Assembly: GCF_036321535.1 (NCBI RefSeq) | Contig: NC_087436.1 | Location: 18,104,001-18,166,000 of the forward strand | Direction of reading: 5' to 3' | Length of the DNA: 62,000 nucleotides | Source of the DNA: Camelus dromedarius | Taxonomy: Eukaryota | In this document: piece by piece, positions 54,320-62,000 of the stretch | Position numbering within the stretch: position 1 is the stretch's first letter | How the letters are laid out: the number at the start of each line of letters is the position of its first letter | The notes under the pieces: model-generated | Databases searched by the model: none | The model's input: the letters and a program-made list of their open reading frames with translations, nothing else | What the model was told of the DNA's origin: nothing | Made by a program: the position numbers and the translations under genes

Positions 54320-55215
54320 TTTTCTTTCAATTGTGGTAAAACACACAAACATAAAATGTACTACTTCAGCTATTATAAAGTGTACAGTTCAGTAGAGTCA
54401 AGTACATTCACACTGTGGTGCAGCCAATCTCCAGAACTCTTTATGTTGCAAAACTGAGACTCTAGACATGGAAACTCCCATTTCCCCTCCCCCAGCCAGA
54501 AAGCCAGCATTCTCCTTCCTGTCTGAATCTGACTGCTCTAGGCACCTCATGTATGTGGACTGATACAGTATTTGTTTGAGCCTGGCTTGTATCATTTAGT
54601 ATAATGTCCTCCATCGTCATCCGCGTTGTAGCATGTGTCAGAACTGCCTTCCATTCTAAGGTACATAGTACTCCATTGTGTGTATAGACCACACTCTGTC
54701 TCTATGCTGCCAACAGACTCTTGGGTCTTGGCTATTGTGAATAATGCTCCTATGGACATGGGTGTGCAGATATCTCTTTGAGACCCTACTTTCCATTGGG
54801 GGTTGGTATATACCTAGAAATAGAATTGCTGAGTCATCTGATAATTCTGTATTTAATTTTTTGAGGAACCTCCACAGTTTTTGACTTTCCCACCAACAGG
54901 TCGTAAGGGTTCCAATGTGTCTACATCCTGACAACTTGTTACTTGCTGGGTTTCTTTGATAGTGGCCTTCCTGATGGGTTTTAAAGTGGTATCTCATTGT
55001 GGTACTGGTTTGCATTTCCCTAATGATTAGTGATACTGAGCATCTTTTCATGTGCTTATTGGCCGTTTCTATGTGTCCTCTGGAGACTTGTCCAAGTTCT
55101 TCGCCCATGTTTTTAATTGGTTGTTTTTCTGTTGTTGAGTTGTAGGAATTCTTTATTCTGATTTTAACCCCTTATCCAATATATGATTGGCAATTATTTT
55201 CTCCCATTCCATGGG
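54320..55215 (-). mobile_element. L1MB-type 3' region
   Basis: Minus ORF 54656-55108 ([26 protein letters not shown]...WRFLKKLNTEL) is decayed L1 ORF2 C-terminus. Confidence 0.88.
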
Positions 55216-56110
55216 TTTTGTTTGTCTTGGTGTCAAAGTCTTTCTCCTATGAACTTATAATGATAATAGACAATGGTTTGTTTCTTTTAATCCTTAGCTG
55301 GCAAAAGTAAAAGTTATATCTGATCCCAATTTATTTAAAGAGAGGCAGGGAAAAAGCATTATTTCTTATAACCATTCCTTTGGCCTCATCATTGATTTTG
55401 TAAGTTTCATAAGTACATGCACAGGACGTGTGCTGCTGTTCACAGCTGGTTTTGGAAATCTGCAAGAGAATAACGTGCTGTAGGAATGCGGGGGAGAAAC
55501 TAGGACCTTGTCTTGTGTGGGGAGGTTAAAGGAATTGTGCTTTCCATTTCTACCTGATTCGGTGAGATTTATGATCCCTCAGGGCTAGCTTTCTGGAAAA
55601 AAAAACAAAATTTCAGATAGAAAGAGCCACTGAGGGTCCTGGAAGCCATGCTCCTAGAAAATCACGTCCGACGTGCAGGAACCTCCTCCTAATCTGAAAC
55701 TATCTAGGGAAGATTCTGGAAACCGATCTCATTGTCTAACACCTGTGTCAGTAAATCCCTCTCACCCGAGGTGGCCTCAGTCTCTCCTCTTTCAGTGTAA
55801 AATACCTGTATAATACCTGGGATTTACCTAGTGCCTTTCTTCCTAATGCCATCAGTAAATCCTTCTCATGCCTCCATGAGGCAGGGATGACTAAATATTA
55901 CGATTTACACTTAATCACCTCCTCTCAGTTCCTTTCTCCATTTTGAAAAGGGAATAATAGTCATATTTACTCATTTCTTTACCCTTTTTTATGAGAGAGG
56001 AGAATTAAGGCAGGGAGGGATCACACGCATTTTCCCTGGTCCCTGAAGTGAGGCAGGCCCTGAAGGCAGGAGCGGAGGCGGGCACGGAGCACCTGTGGGG
56101 GGGCGTCAGG

Positions 56111-56304
56111 CAGAGCCAGCCCGGCACCTGGTGAGCCCCGTGGTTCCCCACGGCTCAGCTGTCACTTCAGAGCCCCGCACATAAAAAGGCCTCACTCTTG
56201 GCTCAACGTGCTGCCCTTGCCATCTTGAAGTTCTTAGTAAATTTTAAACAGGGGGCCCAGGTTTCATTTGGCACCAGGCTCCGCAAGTAATGCAGCCTGT
56301 CCTG
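56111..56304 (+). mobile_element. MER91A-like hAT MITE
   Basis: cagagccagc...catcttgaagttcttagtaaattttaaacagggggccc...ttcatttggcaccaggctccgcaagtaatgcagcctgtcctg. Confidence 0.62.
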
Positions 56305-56728
56305 GGCTCAAGCTAATCGACTTAAGATCGTGTTGCTCAGAGGAGATAATGAGAGTGAAGAGCCTTGGTCAGCCATGGTGCACTCAGCACGTGTGTCTGT
56401 GGAAGAGGGCAGCGGGGCCACACAGGGCAGAAGGGTTCAGTGGAGCAGGGCACGAGGACTCGGAACAGGAGACTCGCCGATCCACTGGAAAGGAACCTTA
56501 AAACTAAAGCCAAACTAAACACACACACAAAGAGTGAAGAAATTTCACAAGGGAGAGAGACATTGTTAGGCAATAGGAAAGGGGAGTGTTGATATCCCAG
56601 AGCTGTTTTAGACTCAGGCAGATCAGTTTAAAGGACCAAGGATGAAAGGGCTGGGAAGATGCCCGTTGATCAGTTTTGTTTATCAAGGTCAAGGTTAAAG
56701 GGACGAGAAAGGGTATATAGTTTCACAC

Positions 56729-57108
56729 CAGCTGATCATCATTGTGTACAAAGTCCGTATTCATGAGTTTGCCTACTAGTTAAAATGTATTTGTAACCCT
56801 CAAGTCAACACTCATGGCACTTTCATGGTCATTTACAGACTTGCACAGAGCATTATAACAGGAGTTAAAACGATGCTGTTAGCTGTGAGTTAGGTGTTGA
56901 GTCAGCCACGTACATTGAATAAGGTTTCTTTACACAGAAACACACATGAAACAAGGTTATGTATGGATCGTTTAATGAAAATGTTGTGACCCGTAGCTCA
57001 CAGGAACCTAACCCTGCATTTCCCTAGGAGCAAAGTTTCTGTATTCGCTAATTCACTGTAGATAATGACTTTATAGAATGTAATCCTGCAAACAGTGAGG
57101 ATCAACAG
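56729..57108 (+). mobile_element. MER82-like element, internally deleted, both TIRs present
   Basis: Starts cagctgatcatcattg and ends cagtgaggatcaacag followed by TA; interior homologous to 13262-13850. Confidence 0.78.
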
Positions 57109-57220
57109 TAAATGTGTGTAACCTGCAGGGACTAGAGAGTCAAAGGGAAATAACTCCTAAACCAATGGCAGATAATGGAAGATGTGAGTGATGGCAGCTC
57201 TCCACTTTTTTGTGTGTGTG

Positions 57221-58232
57221 TTTAATATATTTTCTTTGAAGTGTAGTCAGTTTACAATGTCCTGTCAATTTCTGGAGTACAGCACAATACTTCAGTCATA
57301 TAGGAACATACATATATTTGTTTTCATATTCTTTTTCACCATAAGTTACTACAAGATATTGAATGTAGTTCCCTGTGCTGTACAGTACAAACTTGTTGTT
57401 TATCTATTTTATATATAGTAGTTAGTATCTGAAAATCTTGAACTCCCAATTTATCCCTTCTCACCCCCTTCCCCACTCTGGTAACCACAAGTTTGTTTCC
57501 TGTCTGTGAGTCTGTTTCTGTTCTATAAATATGTTCATTTGTCTTTTTTTTTAATTAGAGTCCACATATAAGTGATATCATATGGTATTTTTCTTTCTCT
57601 TTCTGGCTTACTTCACTTAGAATGACATTCTCCAGGTCCATCCATGTTGCTGCAAGTGGCATTATTTTATTCCTTTTCATGACTGAGTAGTATTCCATTG
57701 TGTAAATATACCACAACTTCTTTATCTGGTCATCTATTGATGAACATTTAACTTGTTTCCATGTCTTGGCTATTGTAAATAGTCCTGCTATGAACATTGG
57801 GGTGCTGGTGTCTTTTTGAATTAAGGTTCCCTCTGGATATATGACCAGGAGTGGGAATGCTGGGTCATATGGTTAAGTCTGTTTTTAGTCTTTTGAGGAA
57901 TCTCCATACTGTTTTCCATAATGGCTGCACCAAACTATATTCCCACCAACAGTGTAGGAAGGTTCCCTTTTCTCCAGCATTTATTGTTTGTGAACTTTTG
58001 AGTGATGGCCATTCTGACTGGTGTGAGGTGATACCTCATTGTAGTTTTGATTTGCATCTCTCTGATAATAAGTGATATTGAGCATTTTTCTCATGTACCT
58101 ATTGGCCATTTCTGTGTCTTCATTGGAGAATTGCTTGTTTAGGTCTTCTGCCCATTTTTGGATTGGGTTTGTTTTTTTTCTTACTAAGTTGTATGAGCTG
58201 TGTATATATTCTGGAAATTAAGCCCTTGTCAT
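57221..58232 (-). mobile_element. Relatively young lineage L1 (3'UTR and ORF2 end)
   Basis: Minus ORF 57555-57797 (MFIAGLFTIAKTWKQVKC...LWYIYTMEYYS...WMDLENVILSEVSQKEK) is near-consensus L1. Confidence 0.92.
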
Positions 58233-58507
58233 TTAAAAGACAACTTCTGGAGCCTTTAAGTTGGACAAACCCTTCAGTTACCTCGTTCAACCCCCTTACA
58301 TACAAGGATTCTTTCTAAAGCATTTCCTGAGGGCTCGGAGAATCTGTATTTTATTTGGAAAACCAGATCTAGCCACGACTTTTTTTCACCCCACATTTAC
58401 TATTTCTGAAGTCAGGAGACATCTCATACTTGACTTATTTATTTTAGCCAGCAACCAAAACTTGCTCTCCCTTAGCTATTACTAAATCTCTGGCGTGCCT
58501 TCCAATC

Positions 58508-58817
58508 CAGGGCCAGCAGACTTTTTTCCATCAAGGACCAGCTGGTAAATGCTGCAGGCTTTGTGGGCCCCAGAGGCTTTGTCACAGCTACTCAGCTCTG
58601 CCTTTGTAGCATGAAAGCAGCGACAGATAATATCTAAGTGAGTGAGCATGGCTGTATTCCAGGAAAACTTTTTTCCTATAATTTTTGCATGTCACAAAAT
58701 AGTCTCTTGATTTTTTTCCAACCATTTAAAAGTGTAAAAAAAAAAAAAAGAAAAAAAAACCTTACAAAAATGATTAGGCCAGATTTGGCCTTGGAGACCC
58801 TACTCTGCTGGCTTCTG
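58508..58817 (+). mobile_element. MER58-like hAT element
   Basis: cagggccagcagactttt...gtcacagctactcagctctgcctttgtagcatgaaagcagc...gcatggctgtattcca...ggccagatttggcc. Confidence 0.78.
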
Positions 58818-60093
58818 ATTCATTCACTGGTGTCAACAGAATCAAAGGAATAGATTCGGCCACCTTGGTGTCTACTGTCTTATCCGTACTTGGATCAGAA
58901 GAGGCCTTTAGCCCTGGCCAGTGGTGTCTGCCCCTTTATTGCTCAGTGTTCCTTTTCTTCAGGAGATTGAAGTAAAGGTTTAACTGCTTCATCTTGATGG
59001 AGCCAGATATTAAAGTTGGTAACTTTTAAATATGAATTGGTTTAGATTTTTACAGTGCTCAGTGTAGTGTACTTGTGCAAGAAAGATCTAGGAAATAATG
59101 GAAAACAGAATTAGGAAAAGTTCATACTTCTATATACAGTAACGTGCCAGTGCGTTCCAGGCACAACCCTTTCATTAGATTTCTTTTGTTCAGCAATGTT
59201 CTAATTATCCCTTTATCTTTAAGCTCCACTTTCTGCCTTTCCATTGTGTCATTTTTCTTTGTGGGTTTCGCATGTACAATAGACCTTATTCACAAGAAGG
59301 CGGAGCTATGATCTAGAACGAGGCTTGTAATACAAGGAAACTTAAAACAGGGTGGAAATTAAATAAATTCAAGTTAAAAAAAAAAAGTTAGAAGGAAACT
59401 GAACCCATCTTGCTTAGCACAGCATCCAAACGACATGTTTTGAAGACTGAATGTTTATCACTGACTGGAGAGCAATGACTGGTGTTGAATTTTTTATAAA
59501 AATGGTGATGAAGGACAAATTAAAATGTAATCTCAGATAACAATCAGATGCTACAGGGTTGGGGGCAGAGGTGAGTTTTCAGAAATACCTTGGCTTTCCT
59601 TGAGATTCTCCTTCCCACCCCAGCAGCCAGCCCATTCCTACCCGGGCACCGGGTCTGGCCCAGTTTATTCCTGCACCAGCCGAGGGTCAGGAACCAGCCC
59701 TGTGAAGCCTCATGGTACAACCCTGCCTTCCTCACTGGCCAGGCAGCGGGGCCTCTCTGGAAGCAGGGTCACCGGGGGAGCACAGCTCACAGCAGAGCAC
59801 ACAGCCCCACTGAGCCTTGTCTCCTGCTGTGGGGACACACTCGAATCCAGATGCCCATGGCCATGTGGGCTGGCCCTCGGCAGAGGAGGGCAGTTTTTTG
59901 AAATAGGGAACCAACCAAAGCTACCCCTTCCAGCTGGCAGCTTTGCTCAGGGCCCCAGAGCACCCCACTAAGTTCCCCCCAAAGCCTCCCACAGCTGATG
60001 CCCCAAGTGTACTCACCTCTAAGCTTTTGGCCAAGAAATGCCTTTTGGTGAGTATTTAAAAACTGATTGTTTTAGATACTTTTCTGATGGTAC

Positions 60094-62000
60094 CTTTTTT
60101 TTAATTGAAATATAATTGATATATAACTCTGCAAGTTTAAGGTATCCAACATGTTGCTTTGATACATTTATGTATTGCAAAATGATTACTACCATAGCAT
60201 TAGTTAACACCTCCATCATGTCACATAATTATTTCTTTTTTGTGGTGGGAACAACTAAGATCTAGTCTCTAAGCAACTTTAAAGTTTATAAAACAGTATT
60301 GTTGTCTATAATCACTGTGGTGAGCATTAGATCTCTAGGACTTATTTATCTATAGGTTGCAAGTTTGTACCCTCAAACACCTCCTCCCCAATTCTACCAT
60401 CCCCCTGGTAACTACTGTTCTACTGTTTTTATGTTTGGCTTTTTTAAGAGTCCATATTTAAGTGAGATCATACAATACTTGTCTTTCTCTGTCTGGCTTA
60501 TCTTGCTTAGCATAAGACCTTCCCAGCTCATCCATGCTGTTGCAAATAGCAGGATTTCATTCTTTTTGATGTCAGAGTAATATTTCATTGTGTATGTATA
60601 CAACATCATCTTTCTTCATTCATCTGTTGCTATTGTGAATAATGCTGTAGGGATCGTGAGAGTGCATATATCTCTTCAATATCCTGTTTTCATCTCCTTC
60701 AGATATTTACTTAGGATTGGAGTTGCTGGATTGTGGGGTAGTTCTAGTTATGTAATGTTTCGGGGAACCTCCATTCTGTTTTCCACAGTGGCTGAACCAC
60801 TTTGTATTCCCAGCAACAGCAGTGCACACATGTTCCCTTTTCTTCACATCCTCAGTAACACTCTCTCTTGTCTTCTTGGTGATAGCCATTCTAACAGTGA
60901 TATCTAACAATGATATCAGTGAGATCTTGGATATTAACCACTTATCTGATACACGGTTTGCAGAGACTGTCTCCCATTCTGTAGTTTGCCTTTTCTTTCT
61001 TTTTTGATTATTTCTTTTGTTCTGCAGAAGCCTTCTAGCTTGATGGAGTTGTTGTTGTTAAACTTTGCTTTTGTTACTTATGCTTTTGTGGGTATATCCA
61101 AAAAAATCATTGCCAAGACCAGTGTCAGGGAGCTTCTTTTCCTATGTTTTCTTCTAGGATTCTTACTGAATCAGCTCTGATGTTTAAGTCTTTAATCCAT
61201 TTTGAGTTAATTTTCGTGAGTGGTGTAAGCAGGAGTCCAGTCTCATCCTTCTGTGTGTGGTTTTCTAGTTTCCCCAGCACCACTTGTTGAAGAACCTATG
61301 CTTTCCCCATGGAGTGTTCTTGGCTCTCTTGTCAGGTATTAGTCGATCACATATGCAGGAGTTTATTTTGGGGCTCTCTTCCTGGCCCATTTGTCTGTGT
61401 CTCTATTTGCCACACTATTTTAATTAATACAGCTTTGCAGTATAGTTTGAAATCAGGACATGTGATGCTTCTGACTCTCAAGACTGCTTTGGCTATTTTG
61501 AAGTCTTTTGTGGTTTCATACAAAATTTGAAGGTTGTTTTTTCTATTTCTGTGAAAACTTGGAATTTTGATAGGGATTGTATTGAATCTATAGATGGCTT
61601 TGGGTAGTATGAACATTTTAACAATATAAGTCTTTTGACCCATGAAAACAGGATCTCTTCCCATTTGTTTGGGTCTTCAGTTTCCTCAGAGTCATGTAGT
61701 TTTCATTGTGCAAATCCTTCACTTCTCTGGGTAAATTTATTCCTAAGTATGTTATTGTTTTGAAGTTACTGTGAATGGGATAGCTTTCTTTTTCAGATGT
61801 CCCACTGTTAGTACATAAAAGTGAAACTAATTTCTGTATGTTGATTTTGTGTCCTGCAGCTTCACTGAATTTGTTAATTTGTTCCAAAGGTTGTGGGTTG
61901 AGTCTTTAGGATTTTCTATATATAGAATCATATCATCTGCAAATAGAGATCATTTTACTTCTTTTCTGGCTTGGATGCCTTTATTTATTTGACTTACATA
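60094..62000 (-). mobile_element. L1MA9-like element running off the window end
   Basis: 3' tail at 60094; minus ORFs IVKMFILPKAIYRFNTIPIKIP and INKFSEAAGHKINIQK...YLGINLPREVKDL are L1 ORF2, frameshifted. Confidence 0.92.

Noticed and set aside
60094..62000. L1 ORF2 fragments as an active retrotransposon or host gene
   Set aside because: Frameshifted, stop-ridden and internally deleted.

Overview
Mammalian genomic DNA, most likely camelid: it carries six copies of a tRNA-Ala-derived SINE matching my recollection of Vic-1, plus related L1 3' ends. The window lies inside NR3C2 (mineralocorticoid receptor, + strand). It holds four coding exons with canonical AG/GT boundaries: 9712-10056, 11440-11584, 38139-38269 and 44049-44206, equivalent to human exons 5-8 (hinge plus most of the ligand-binding domain). 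They splice in frame without stops. The DNA-binding exons and the last exon lie outside the window. The rest is intron, rich in L1, L2, MIR, SINE, MaLR LTR and DNA-transposon relics. Almost all other ORF-track entries are chance ORFs or decayed L1. I see no CRISPR array, RNA gene or prokaryote-type system, and I cannot support a wholly new biological system. The best leads are: (1) a TSD-bounded chimeric retro-insertion joining an L1 fragment to an unidentified polyadenylated 3'UTR-like sequence (31850-32433); (2) an alternative exon-5 donor 10 nt upstream that would truncate the receptor; (3) hinge and helix-1 substitutions relative to human; (4) a 43-nt near-perfect hairpin in intron 7; (5) several small retroposition and repair scars. 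Repeat family names and human residue numbers are from memory, not from database searches, and repeat boundaries are approximate.
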